This document shows positions 15,261-24,534 of a stretch of 44,420 nucleotides of DNA, piece by piece. A model generated the notes under the pieces. That model ran no database searches. It was given only the letters and a program-made list of their open reading frames with translations, and was not told where the DNA came from. Source of the DNA: Puniceicoccales bacterium (GTDB lineage Bacteria; Verrucomicrobiota; Verrucomicrobiia; Opitutales; JAIRKQ01); contig JAISRG010000066.1 of NCBI GenBank assembly GCA_031273725.1, forward strand, positions 1-44,420, in the 5' to 3' direction. A program made the position numbers and the translations under genes. Numbering within the stretch: position 1 is the first letter of the stretch; every line of letters starts with the position of its first letter.

Positions 15261-16316
15261 ATGTTTATGAATAAGTATATCGAAGAATTTAAAAAAAATG
15301 ATAGGTCAGGTTTACTCCAACACAAGTGTACAACAATAGATAAATCTAAACTGCATCTGCCGGGACCAGATTTTATCAATGAAGTATTTTTACAATCAGA
15401 TAGGTCGATTCCGGTCCTTAATAACCTGTCGCGAATTCGCAATACGGGACGTCTGGGTGGGACAGGGTACATCTCGATCCTTCCCGTAGACCAAGGGATC
15501 GAACACTCGGCAGCTGCCAGCTTCGCCCCAAACCCAGAATATTTTGACCCCGAAAATATTGTAAAATTAGCAATTGAAGGCGGTTGCAGTGCCGTAGCAT
15601 CCACACTGGGAGTGCTGGGGATTGTTTCTAGAAAATATGCTCACAAGATACCATTTGTTGTAAAATTGAACCACAACGAATTAATAACCTATCCCAACAA
15701 ATTTGACCAGATTTATTTCGGCCATGTTCAACAGGCATATGATATGGGTGCCGCTGCCATTGGGGCTACGATTTATTTCGGGTCAGAAGAATCGACTCGC
15801 CAGATACAAGAAACGACGGAAGCATTTCAGTTGGCCCACGAACTTGGCATGGTGACCATCCTTTGGTGTTACCTAAGGAATAATGCATTCAGTGCCGATA
15901 AAGATTACCACACAAGTGCCGACCTGACAGGCCAGGCCAACCATCTGGGAGTAACGATTGAAGCCGATATAATTAAACAAAAATTGCCAACGAACAATGG
16001 AGGTTTCAAAGCATTAAAATTTGGAAAAACTCACGATAAGGTTTATTCGGAATTAACGAGCAATAATCCCATAGATTTAACCCGCTACCAGCTGGCAAAT
16101 TGCTATATGGGCCGAGCAGGGTTGATAAATTCGGGGGGAGCTTCGGGGAATAATGACTTCCATGAGGCAGTTGAAACGGCCATCATCAATAAACGGGCCG
16201 GAGGATCCGGATTAATCTGCGGAAGAAAGGCTTTTCAACGTTCCATGAAAGATGGTGTGATCCTATTGAACGCTATCCAAGATGTTTACCTAGACAAGTC
16301 GATAACCATTGCATGA
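15261..16316 (+). CDS. fbaB: Class I fructose-bisphosphate aldolase (FbaB/DhnA type)
   Basis: Near-collinear resemblance to E. coli FbaB as I recall it: ...[39 protein letters not shown]..., ...KLNHNE..., ...[21 protein letters not shown]..., ending ...[10 protein letters not shown]. Confidence 0.93.
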   Translation: MFMNKYIEEFKKNDRSGLLQHKCTTIDKSKLHLPGPDFINEVFLQSDRSIPVLNNLSRIRNTGRLGGTGYISILPVDQGIEHSAAASFAPNPEYFDPENIVKLAIEGGCSAVASTLGVLGIVSRKYAHKIPFVVKLNHNELITYPNKFDQIYFGHVQQAYDMGAAAIGATIYFGSEESTRQIQETTEAFQLAHELGMVTILWCYLRNNAFSADKDYHTSADLTGQANHLGVTIEADIIKQKLPTNNGGFKALKFGKTHDKVYSELTSNNPIDLTRYQLANCYMGRAGLINSGGASGNNDFHEAVETAIINKRAGGSGLICGRKAFQRSMKDGVILLNAIQDVYLDKSITIA

Positions 16317-16664
16317 CACTCGAGGTTTCTATCACAAAACCTCGGACGAAAGCACATGATACGAGGTGTATGCTTCTGTGGTTAAAAATTTTTTCGAAAT
16401 TTCATTACTTACGATTTTGAGATTTGCATAGATTAAGTTTTTAGCTAAGAAGCTTTTTTCTCATCTTTGCCATAGCAATAACTTCAAAATTAACAAAGAC
16501 TACCCTGGACATTGCCAATATGATAGCAAAAAATGTTATAAAGAAAACGTGATTTTCCAGGATACTATTTCTGCCACCAAGAGATGCATTTTGCCAGGCA
16601 AAATTTTGTAAATTGTGTATAAAATTTGTATTTTATAAAAATAGATTTTTTTTTACGAAAACAA

Positions 16665-16673
16665 TGTTATAAT
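16665..16673 (+). promoter_or_regulatory. Extended -10 element TGTTATAAT, 8 nt upstream of the ATG at 16682
   Basis: Exact TGnTATAAT match with no SD between it and the ATG, which implies a leaderless or near-leaderless mRNA. Confidence 0.4.
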
Positions 16674-16681
16674 ATGTTACC

Positions 16682-17728
16682 ATGGAGGGTAAATTTTTAA
16701 CACAATTGACGCTTAAATTTTGGCAAACGATACGAAATTCACCTATCATTAGCATTGAGATTGCAAAGAATATGATTGGTAAAATAACGTCTGTTCCAGA
16801 ACAGCATACTGGGCCCATTCTAGCAACACGGGATGTCGCTGTGCCAATAGACAATTCCCATGATCCAGAACAAAAGGAAAGTACATTTAAATTCGTCCAG
16901 CAGATGGTTTCAAAGATTTGTAATTTGGCAACTGGAACAGCGATGATTTTATCTGCTTGGAATTTTAAAAACGCTGGGAATATGATCGGTTTATTCTCGA
17001 ATCTTACACAATATATAATTTCCGTTTCATCAAAAAAACATGCCCATTTGCCAGAAAAACATGTTCATTGGCTAATGCCATATTTATATAATGCTGATGA
17101 GAAAAAGATTGTATTTAAGAAACTAGTTTTATCAACATCTGCAATGTGTAAAGTAATACTTGCCTTTGTTCCAAAGTTAACAAGCTTGCAGTTGCTATCA
17201 AAAGCGTTCCCATGGGTTAATTTCTCATTAGAAATTATGGAATTATTTCTAAACTATGAAAAGTTTACCAAGGATGGCCCGACCCTAAAAAATATATTCA
17301 AAATAACAGTGGCCATATCATATCATGCCATGTTATGTGCAACATTTGCAATGGCCGGTCCTGCTGGATGCGTCATTACAAAATGTTTGTCAACGGCATT
17401 ACTTTTTGCTTTCCATTCGCTAACAAATAAAGGTATGGGTACCATAATAGACATCTCCGTGTCCATTGATAAGTTATGTTTGAAAGATAAGTTAGCAGAT
17501 AACATACATGCCCTATTTGAACCTTTCCTTGCCAATGAACCCTACTTTTCTAATGATGATGAGGCAAATAAAGCAAAATCACATTATTTTACAATGACTG
17601 GCCTATATTTATGTTGTTCTGCTACATTTGCAATTATAAAGCTCATTGTAAACCATCGAAAAGACACCACAAACGAAACCACTGCAAGTGAAGTCCCCGA
17701 CCAAACAGGTGTAGTAGACAATAATTGA
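16682..17728 (+). CDS. Orphan polytopic membrane protein (348 aa)
   Basis: ORF of 348 aa with several hydrophobic stretches, including a paired one (ITVAISYHAMLCATFAMAGPAGCVITKCLSTALLFAFHSL) and a C-terminal TM (LYLCCSATFAIIKLIV). I recognise no family. Confidence 0.6.
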   Translation: MEGKFLTQLTLKFWQTIRNSPIISIEIAKNMIGKITSVPEQHTGPILATRDVAVPIDNSHDPEQKESTFKFVQQMVSKICNLATGTAMILSAWNFKNAGNMIGLFSNLTQYIISVSSKKHAHLPEKHVHWLMPYLYNADEKKIVFKKLVLSTSAMCKVILAFVPKLTSLQLLSKAFPWVNFSLEIMELFLNYEKFTKDGPTLKNIFKITVAISYHAMLCATFAMAGPAGCVITKCLSTALLFAFHSLTNKGMGTIIDISVSIDKLCLKDKLADNIHALFEPFLANEPYFSNDDEANKAKSHYFTMTGLYLCCSATFAIIKLIVNHRKDTTNETTASEVPDQTGVVDNN

Positions 17729-17752
17729 CGTATACTGTACTAAATAGAACGT

Positions 17753-17936
17753 GAATGGCGAAATTAAAGAGGGAAATTAACGGCTAAAACGCCGGCACAA
17801 ATAGCTGAGAAAGCAGTTTGATGAGAGCGAAAGCGAGATTAGGTAGCGCCGGAGAAGTTTTTAAATTTACCGATGACGGTTTCGATGATAGACCGTTTTT
17901 GGAGTAACCTTTTTTGTCTTCTCAATTTCGCCATTC
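17753..17936 (-). mobile_element. Miniature (about 184 bp) internally deleted IS derivative with perfect 13-bp terminal inverted repeats; IS982/IS5-like transposase C-terminal remnant
   Basis: TIRs are gaatggcgaaatt (17753..17765) and aatttcgccattc (17924..17936), extendable to 16/17 matches over 17749..17765 versus 17924..17940. The minus-strand reading is LQKRSIIETVIGKFKNFSGAT*SRFRSHQTAFSAICAGVLAVNFPL*, which fits the R..IE...g.lK.......R.R motif of DDE transposase C-termini and is interrupted by a stop. Confidence 0.55.
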
Positions 17937-18063
17937 GCGTCATATCAATTGCACCATGCTTTTACTTGCTTGATTTTGACGACACCTTCTAGGGCATAAA
18001 AGAGTTGCTTGTTTATTTTGCTCTTGCAAATTTTTTGCACCTAAGAATCGTTGCTCCAAGTTA

Positions 18064-19842
18064 ATGAAAGATAGAAGTCAACTCATTGGTATTGTACTGA
18101 TAATTTGTGCATTTGTATTGATGTTTAAGAATGCTGCCGACCAAGCAGCCCAAGCCAAAATTACCAACCCTGGAGATGAAAAAACAGAAGTTGTCCACGG
18201 TGAGCCCGTAAATATCGAAGTTCCTAGGAATTTGGACATTGGAATGCAAAATGCCATTGCGGTGGAAAAAAGTACAAAAGCTGAGAAAATTTTTACATTG
18301 GGAAATGATGTCATCGACATTATGATTTCCGATTGCGGGGGTACGATAAAATCCGCTTCATTAAAAAAATATCAATCGATTCAGGATCGGCCGGATGTTG
18401 TGGTTTTTAATGAAGGTTGTGACATGAATGCAATGTCATTGAGCTCGAGCAATGAACAATTTACCAAGTTTCTCCAATCCGAACAATTTGATAGTGTTTC
18501 GATAGGGCAATACGACATCACATTGTCAAAGACCGTGCCCGAAGGATATACCATAACTAGGCAATATCACTTGGTCCCCCAGGACAGCAAAAGTTCCGAT
18601 GGATATGTTATCAAACATGAAATCCGCATCGAAAATAATACCAACTTCCCTGTGAATGTTGGCAGCCTATCTTTGTTTCTTGGGTCCATGCCAGCTACTG
18701 CGAGCGACGCCATGGGCGACTACCTAAATTTCGGAATGTTTAATGGGAAAAAAGAAAATTTTATAAAACTGCGGGATTTTAAAGCGAGCAGCGGATTTTT
18801 AGGGTTCGGGAAAAGAGAAGAACGAAAATTTATTTTCAACGGTGAAAAAATTTCATGGGGCGCCATCAAAAATCAATTTTTCACGACAATTTTGACACCC
18901 GAAGAGGAGGCGGATGGCTACATTACATGCCCGATTTTTGTCCTTGATAAGTACTCCAATAAAAAGGAAGAAGGCATCGGGGCCTCAATGATTTTTAACG
19001 TTGGTATCATCGACGGAGGGAAAAGTAAAACGCTCTCGTCAAATATTTACATAGGGCCCAAGGACTTTTCTAGGTTGTCAAAATTGGGAAAAGAGCAGGA
19101 CAGGGTAATGCAATTTGGGTTTTTCGGATCCATAAGCGAACTTCTCCTGCGGCTAATGCTGGGAATCCATGCAATAATTCCCAATTGGGGATGGACGATA
19201 ATTGCACTGACAACAATAGTAAAACTTTTGCTATGGCCACTGACAAATGCCCAGGTTAAATCTTCGAAAAAAATGGCAATCGTCCAGGAACCCCTGAAAG
19301 TAATCAAGGAAAAGTACAAAAATAATCCGCAGAAACTACAGATGGAAACATTGAAACTATTCCGTGAAAATGGAATAAATCCAGCGGCGGGCTGTTTGCC
19401 AATATTTATACAAATCCCGATTTTCTTTGGCCTCTATTATATGTTACGCACGGCATCCGACCTACGTTTTGCACATTTTCTGTGGATAAAAGACCTTTCA
19501 CTGCCCGATACGATCGCCCATATTGGTAGTTTTCCCGTAAACATTTTGCCATTGGTCATGGGGGCAACCATGTTCTGGCAGATGCATATGACGCCAGTTC
19601 CAGCGTCGGACAATTCGCAAAAATTAATGTTCAAACTAATGCCAGCCATCTTCTTTCTCTGCTGCTATACTTTCCCATCCGGCCTGGTATTATATTGGAC
19701 AGTACAAAATTTGTTGACGATTGTTCAACAATTTACAACATCACGTAACACCCCAATACGAGATGAAAGTGACATAAAAAATTCTATGGAGAAACGTAGT
19801 TCTCGGTCACCAAAACGGAGGAAAAACAATGTCAGGACATAG
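18064..19842 (+). CDS. yidC: Membrane protein insertase YidC
   Basis: N-terminal TM, large periplasmic domain, and the conserved C-terminal insertase core (GWTIIALTTIVKLLLWPLT..., NPAAGCLPIFIQIPIFFGLY...). Basic C-terminal tail. Confidence 0.92.
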   Translation: MKDRSQLIGIVLIICAFVLMFKNAADQAAQAKITNPGDEKTEVVHGEPVNIEVPRNLDIGMQNAIAVEKSTKAEKIFTLGNDVIDIMISDCGGTIKSASLKKYQSIQDRPDVVVFNEGCDMNAMSLSSSNEQFTKFLQSEQFDSVSIGQYDITLSKTVPEGYTITRQYHLVPQDSKSSDGYVIKHEIRIENNTNFPVNVGSLSLFLGSMPATASDAMGDYLNFGMFNGKKENFIKLRDFKASSGFLGFGKREERKFIFNGEKISWGAIKNQFFTTILTPEEEADGYITCPIFVLDKYSNKKEEGIGASMIFNVGIIDGGKSKTLSSNIYIGPKDFSRLSKLGKEQDRVMQFGFFGSISELLLRLMLGIHAIIPNWGWTIIALTTIVKLLLWPLTNAQVKSSKKMAIVQEPLKVIKEKYKNNPQKLQMETLKLFRENGINPAAGCLPIFIQIPIFFGLYYMLRTASDLRFAHFLWIKDLSLPDTIAHIGSFPVNILPLVMGATMFWQMHMTPVPASDNSQKLMFKLMPAIFFLCCYTFPSGLVLYWTVQNLLTIVQQFTTSRNTPIRDESDIKNSMEKRSSRSPKRRKNNVRT

Positions 19843-20569
19843 CAAGTGGGCAACGACGAAGAGGCACAAGGCTGTCATTGATGCAAAGCGCGGGAAAACG
19901 TTTAGCACGCTGAGCAAGGATATCTCTCTTGCAGCACGGGATGGCGGTGGCGATGTAAATTTCAATGCCAGGTTGCGTGTTGTTGTGCAAAAGGCCAAGG
20001 AAGCCAATATGCCTGCCGATAACATCAAAAAGGCAATCCAAAAGGGTACAGGCGAATTACCCGGTATGACAATTGAGGAACTGACGTACGAAGGCTATGT
20101 CACGGGCGGAGTTGGTGTGATTATAGAAGTGACAACGGATAATAAGAATCGTGCTGCCAGCGATATTCGTAGCGTGCTGACCAAGGGTGGAGGAAATTTA
20201 GCAAGCCCCGGAGCATTGATGTTCAATTTTCAAAGAATGGGACAGTTTTTCATATCAAAGGAAGTTGTAACCGAAAGCAAGCTGATGGAAATTGTACTTG
20301 ATGCGGGAGCTGAAGACATAAAATCCGATGGGCCAGATTTCGAAGTTCTATGCCCAATTACAGCATACTACACCTTGGAACAAGCAATATCAAAGGCAAA
20401 TATCAAATGCTTGACATCTGAACTTGCATATATTCCGAATTCTATCGTGCAAATAACCGACGCGGAATTTGCCGCCAAAGTACTAAAGACCATCGAGAAA
20501 TTGGAAGATTTGGATGACGTTAAGAGCGTTTTTGGCAATTTCGACATCGACGATTCGATTGAAGTTTAA
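19829..20569 (+). CDS. yebC: YebC/PmpR-family DNA-binding transcriptional regulator
   Basis: MSGHSKWATTKRHKAVIDAKRGK... is the hallmark N-terminus. 246 aa; overlaps the yidC 3' end by 14 nt. Confidence 0.9.
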   Translation: MSGHSKWATTKRHKAVIDAKRGKTFSTLSKDISLAARDGGGDVNFNARLRVVVQKAKEANMPADNIKKAIQKGTGELPGMTIEELTYEGYVTGGVGVIIEVTTDNKNRAASDIRSVLTKGGGNLASPGALMFNFQRMGQFFISKEVVTESKLMEIVLDAGAEDIKSDGPDFEVLCPITAYYTLEQAISKANIKCLTSELAYIPNSIVQITDAEFAAKVLKTIEKLEDLDDVKSVFGNFDIDDSIEV

Positions 20570-20740
20570 CGGGTTACGGCGATGCCACAGCAATATGATT
20601 TTTGACTGCCATGCGGTGGAAGCATGGCCTTAAAAGTGTGGACAATATTCGGGTCAATGTGGTATACAACCCCCAATGATGATTTTCTAATACTATGCGC
20701 GTCCATCAATGTAACCGGCGAAAAAGATGTGATGCCATAC

Positions 20741-21048
20741 TGCGCTAGACGGAAGTAGCCCCATATTAAGATTGAGAGCGAGAGAAAGCCTATCATAAAA
20801 ATTAGTAACATGGTGCCAGAGGTAGGAAAGCTTATTTTTGGACCAAGCCTAGTGGTGTCCAATGGGGTTGAGGTCCGGCAAATAGGACGGTATAGTGCGC
20901 TAGACGAAAGTAGCCCCATATTAAGATTGAGAGCGAGAGAAAACCTATCATAAAAATTAGTAACATGGCGCCAGAGGTAGGAAAGCTTATTTTTGGACCA
21001 AGCCCAGTGGTGTCCAATGGGATTGAGGTCCGTCAAATAGGGCGGTAA
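20741..21048 (-). mobile_element. Two tandem copies (155-bp period) of an IS630-family 3'-terminal remnant
   Basis: Unit A (20741..20895) and unit B (20896..~21048) differ by 7 substitutions over about 151 nt by my count. Each encodes YLP.Y..DLNPIGHHW-like sequence with the catalytic E replaced by G, and each unit is bounded by TA dinucleotides. Confidence 0.65.
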
Positions 21049-21172
21049 ATAGAGCGATCTTTTCACTCTGTCATATTTCCTAGAATTTCTCGGCATCGAA
21101 ATTTATGAAATAATTCAAAAATCATAAAACAAAAATTGGAATATTTAACATTTAACAATTTGAATTCGCCGT

Positions 21173-22045
21173 TTAATTTTCCAATTTCCGAAGTACGGCA
21201 ATTATTTGCTTCGTTGTTTTTTCATCCGTCGAGGTCCCGCTTGCAACACCAATGACCTGGAAAACTTTCAATTTTTCAATGGGTAAATCTGCGGCGGTCT
21301 CCACATGAAACGTTGGTAAGCCAATTTTCTGGGCAATTTGAACAAGAGTGCAAGTGTTGTTGGAATGTTTTCCTCCGACAACAATAACGGTCTGAGCGCC
21401 TTCCTTTTTAAGATCCAAGATTGCCCGTTGGCGCCTACGGGATGAACCGCAAATGGTATTCTTTATTTCGGCATGGGGATATATTTTAGAAATTTTATCG
21501 GCAAAATTTAAAAAGACACTTTCATCAATTGTAGACTGGGCAATCACCAATACCTGATCCATCCTCCCTTCCAAATGACCCAATTCTTCTTCCGAGTTTA
21601 TTACGCAAACATTGCCACCCTTTGCAAAACTTACCAGTGTTTTCACTTCTGGATGAGATTTGTCTCCGATTATTATTACGTATTTTCCTTCCACGGTTCC
21701 GCGTTCTACCATTTTTGATACCATGACAACGTGTGGACAAGTACCATCGATGATGGTGTTAAAAATTTTGCGAAACCTGACACATTCGTTCCTGGGACAT
21801 CCATGGGCGCGGATTAGAAGACTGTCTTTGGGGGAAATTTTTCCCAAATCATCGTCTCCGAGCAATTTTATGCCGATAGATTCAATACTTTCCATGACTT
21901 TCTTATTATGGACAAGTTCACCGGCCACATATACCTGGCCAGCACACTGCCCACACGCTTCATTGGCCAGGTTTATGGCATGTTTTACTCCCATACAAAA
22001 TCCAGAAACACTTGACACAACCACTTTCACAGATGCCGAGAGCAT
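21173..22045 (-). CDS. ispH: 4-hydroxy-3-methylbut-2-enyl diphosphate reductase
   Basis: Three cluster-ligand Cys motifs (GFCMGV, DGTCPHV, NTICGSS) and about 290 aa. The track start at 22069 is a TTG; the ATG at 22045 (MLSASVKVVV...) is more likely. Confidence 0.9.
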   Translation of the reverse strand: MLSASVKVVVSSVSGFCMGVKHAINLANEACGQCAGQVYVAGELVHNKKVMESIESIGIKLLGDDDLGKISPKDSLLIRAHGCPRNECVRFRKIFNTIIDGTCPHVVMVSKMVERGTVEGKYVIIIGDKSHPEVKTLVSFAKGGNVCVINSEEELGHLEGRMDQVLVIAQSTIDESVFLNFADKISKIYPHAEIKNTICGSSRRRQRAILDLKKEGAQTVIVVGGKHSNNTCTLVQIAQKIGLPTFHVETAADLPIEKLKVFQVIGVASGTSTDEKTTKQIIAVLRKLEN

Positions 22046-22146
22046 CTCAAAAAAAATAATAAAAGTCAATGTACTGCTACGGTTGATTATTTTATTGCAA
22101 AGATGTAAAAATTAGCAAAGAATATATGCCTTTCGAATATTGAAAG

Positions 22147-22485
22147 ATGAACATAATTTTTTTATATCCCCATGCCCTATTATTTTTACTGGGATTACCA
22201 ATTCTCAAGGTTGCCAATCGCAAATATACATGTCAGCCATCCATTTTAGTCCCAAATATGTTACTATTAAAAAAAATTATCGGAGATAACTCAAAACCTC
22301 AAACTCATTTCCTCCTCCATTGCAGAATGCTTGCGGTACTACTGCTATTATTAGCATATTCGGAACCCATGATTGTCTTGGAAACACAGATAATGCGATG
22401 TAATTACTACCTAATTGCAACGAGCCTAGTATGCTTCCTATTGGAAATATTTTTACGAAACACTTTGCTACAAAAAATCCCATAA
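22147..22485 (+). pseudogene. Truncated BatA-like ORF: only the N-terminal double-transmembrane (aerotolerance-regulator N-terminal) region is left
   Basis: MNIIFLYPHALLFLLGLPIL...(basic patch)...HFLLHCRMLAVLLLLLAYSEP fits the F..P..L..LL..P / R.l.l.ll.la.A.P pattern of BatA_N / two-anchor domains. The ORF stops after 112 aa with no vWA or other domain. Confidence 0.35.
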
Positions 22486-22488
22486 CCT

Positions 22489-22872
22489 ATGACTTTCGTT
22501 GATGTAAAAATTCTTTTAGTAGCGTTGATGACTCCATTTTTGGTGGCCTTGCTATTTGTTTATGGGATCCATAATAGAAATAAAAAACTGAGAATGCTAT
22601 CGGATGAGAAAATGTATGGCAAAATTTTATCAAACTTCAGCGCCATAAATTTCAGAGTAAAGACATTGCTTTGTGTGGTCATTTCGTTCGCATATTCTCT
22701 CTTGATGATAGGAGATAAAAAAATGAGTAATTTTATGCTAAAAATCAGCACAAGTCGAAATTTGATGAAATTTTTGATCGTCGCACTTATCGTAGAACAA
22801 TTAATTTCAACCAGAAAATATTATAAAAATACTATCCTGATGAAAAATCCTACCTCTTTTGAAAACATTTAA
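22489..22872 (+). pseudogene. Second truncated BatA/BatB-like N-terminal ORF
   Basis: MTFVDVKILLVALMTPFLVALLFVYGIHNRNKKLRMLSD...RVKTLLCVVISFAYSLLMIGD follows the same two-anchor pattern, then degenerates and stops at 127 aa. Confidence 0.3.
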
Positions 22873-22894
22873 ATAAGAATTGTTGCAAGATAGC

Positions 22895-22922
22895 TTGAAA
22901 AATTTATCAGTTTATGTAAAAT
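22895..22922 (+). promoter_or_regulatory. Sigma70-like promoter of the PilMN-like gene
   Basis: TTGAAA (22895..22900), 16-nt spacer, TAAAAT (22917..22922). The ATG follows 10 nt later with no SD. Confidence 0.45.
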
Positions 22923-22932
22923 TCATAAAAAG

Positions 22933-24534
22933 ATGGCTAATGATGTCATAATGCGTTGTGGTATAGAATCGATTACACTAGTGGAAATCGACGTGCAGGG
23001 TTTTTTTGTCAAAGCAGAAACTTACCCCATCCAGTCCGACAAAGACCTCAAGGATAGCACTGATGTTTGGTTGCGAGCTTTTGCAAAAGCGGTCCCACAA
23101 ATCCCAAAAAAAACAAGAAAAAGAATAAAGCTGATTGTTCCGCCCAATAATCAGGTTTTCATAAAACATCTTCAAATTCCGGAAGTAACGGAAAAAAGTA
23201 TCCAGGAAGCATTTAAATTCGAGTGTGAACATAATTTTCCTGGGGGAACAAGTGAGTGGTGTTTGGATATTTATAAAAACAACGGCCCATCGAATCATGC
23301 CCTTGGGATTGCCATTCCACGAGCAGTATCTGAACAAATGGTCGACATTCTAATTCGCAATAAAATAGATTTTTCATATATTTGTCCCGAAATAGTGCTC
23401 AATACCATAGCCATTCAAAAATATGCAGATTCTCCGGCAAATTCCATGTTGGTACACATGGGAGAAAATTCATCATATTTGGCATGTATTGGGGAGTGGG
23501 CGGAATATTTTCGGAGCCTACCGATTGCTGGCACACACCTAATTAAAACGATCGCAGAGTCACAGAAAGTATCATGCGAGAAGGCAAAGTCACTGCTTTT
23601 GGAATTTTTCACAAATCAGGAAACTGAAAACCGTGCATTCATGGCATATTATCTAAAACAATTTTCCCAAAAATTGCGCCAAGAAATTAAAAAGTCTGAG
23701 CTGTTTTACTGCAGGACGCTGAAACAATCTCCGATAACAAAGTTGTACCTAACTGGAAGGGAAAGTCATCTGTATGATACTTTCAATGCCGCGGGCAATG
23801 TGCAAATAATTCATGTATTTGATATTTTTAAGGACAAGTTTGCACATAACCTACATGAGGAGGAGGCGATGCTCATAAAAAACAACATAGGTGTGTTTGT
23901 TGGAGCGGCATATTGTTTGCAATCTAATCAAATGCAGCCGCTAAAGCTGTTTTCCGTAGATTTTTCTAACCAAGTAGAATTTCAACGTCAAAATTTTGGA
24001 TATTTACTGGTTTTCATTGTCATAACATTATCGGCACTAACGGTGTTAAAAATACTAAAAAAAGACGTAATAAACCTTGAAACCAAGAAATCCCAACTGG
24101 AAGCCAAGTTACTTGAAGTTAATACGGATGCTATCAGATACGAAGAAGCACATAGGGAACATAATGTCATCCGCTCATTCATAATAAATGCAAAAACATC
24201 CCTGTATTCTCAAATTGCCTGGGTAGACTTTTTTCAAGAGCTCCAATCCAAAATGGAGAGCCTAAAAACTGCCTGGATAGAGTCGCTCACTTGGGCAGAC
24301 AAAAAGGATAATGACGGCAGAAATAAAATCAAAGTTACGGCAAAAATGCTGATAGGTGATGGCGAAATAAAAAAATCGACCAACAAAATCATCGAAAAGT
24401 TTATAACGTCGTTGAAAGAAATAAAGGACGTTGAACGCGTTGAAAATATACAAATGTCGTTAGCGAAGGGGGATATTTTACCTTTTTCCTTTGATGTGAT
24501 ACTAAAGCAACAATCTGAAATTCTTGTAAAATGA
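22933..24534 (+). CDS. PilM-like actin-fold ATPase fused to a PilN-like TM + coiled-coil + periplasmic domain (533 aa)
   Basis: The N-terminal ~340 aa follow the PilM pattern (...KLIVPPNNQVFIKHLQIPEVTEKSIQEAFKFE..., ...LVHMGENSSYLACIGEWAEYFRSLPIAGTHLIKTIAESQKVSCEKAKSLL...). There is one TM (FGYLLVFIVITLSALTVLKIL), then a heptad-rich segment and an alpha/beta-like C-terminus. Confidence 0.7.
   Translation: MANDVIMRCGIESITLVEIDVQGFFVKAETYPIQSDKDLKDSTDVWLRAFAKAVPQIPKKTRKRIKLIVPPNNQVFIKHLQIPEVTEKSIQEAFKFECEHNFPGGTSEWCLDIYKNNGPSNHALGIAIPRAVSEQMVDILIRNKIDFSYICPEIVLNTIAIQKYADSPANSMLVHMGENSSYLACIGEWAEYFRSLPIAGTHLIKTIAESQKVSCEKAKSLLLEFFTNQETENRAFMAYYLKQFSQKLRQEIKKSELFYCRTLKQSPITKLYLTGRESHLYDTFNAAGNVQIIHVFDIFKDKFAHNLHEEEAMLIKNNIGVFVGAAYCLQSNQMQPLKLFSVDFSNQVEFQRQNFGYLLVFIVITLSALTVLKILKKDVINLETKKSQLEAKLLEVNTDAIRYEEAHREHNVIRSFIINAKTSLYSQIAWVDFFQELQSKMESLKTAWIESLTWADKKDNDGRNKIKVTAKMLIGDGEIKKSTNKIIEKFITSLKEIKDVERVENIQMSLAKGDILPFSFDVILKQQSEILVK

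Noticed and set aside
16321-16344. Hairpin cgaggttt-N8-aaacctcg just after fbaB as an intrinsic terminator. Similar weak hairpins occur at 38834..38859 (rplL-rpoB spacer) and 41961..41988 (tuf-tRNA-Trp spacer).
   Set aside because: The stems are real, but none is followed by a clear U-tract, so I do not annotate them as terminators. They may act as attenuators or processing sites.
20566-21096. The 176-aa track ORF as a genuine gene
   Set aside because: It is a read-through of two tandem IS630 end fragments plus flanking DNA. It repeats itself internally and overlaps the yebC stop, so it is a chimeric pseudo-ORF.
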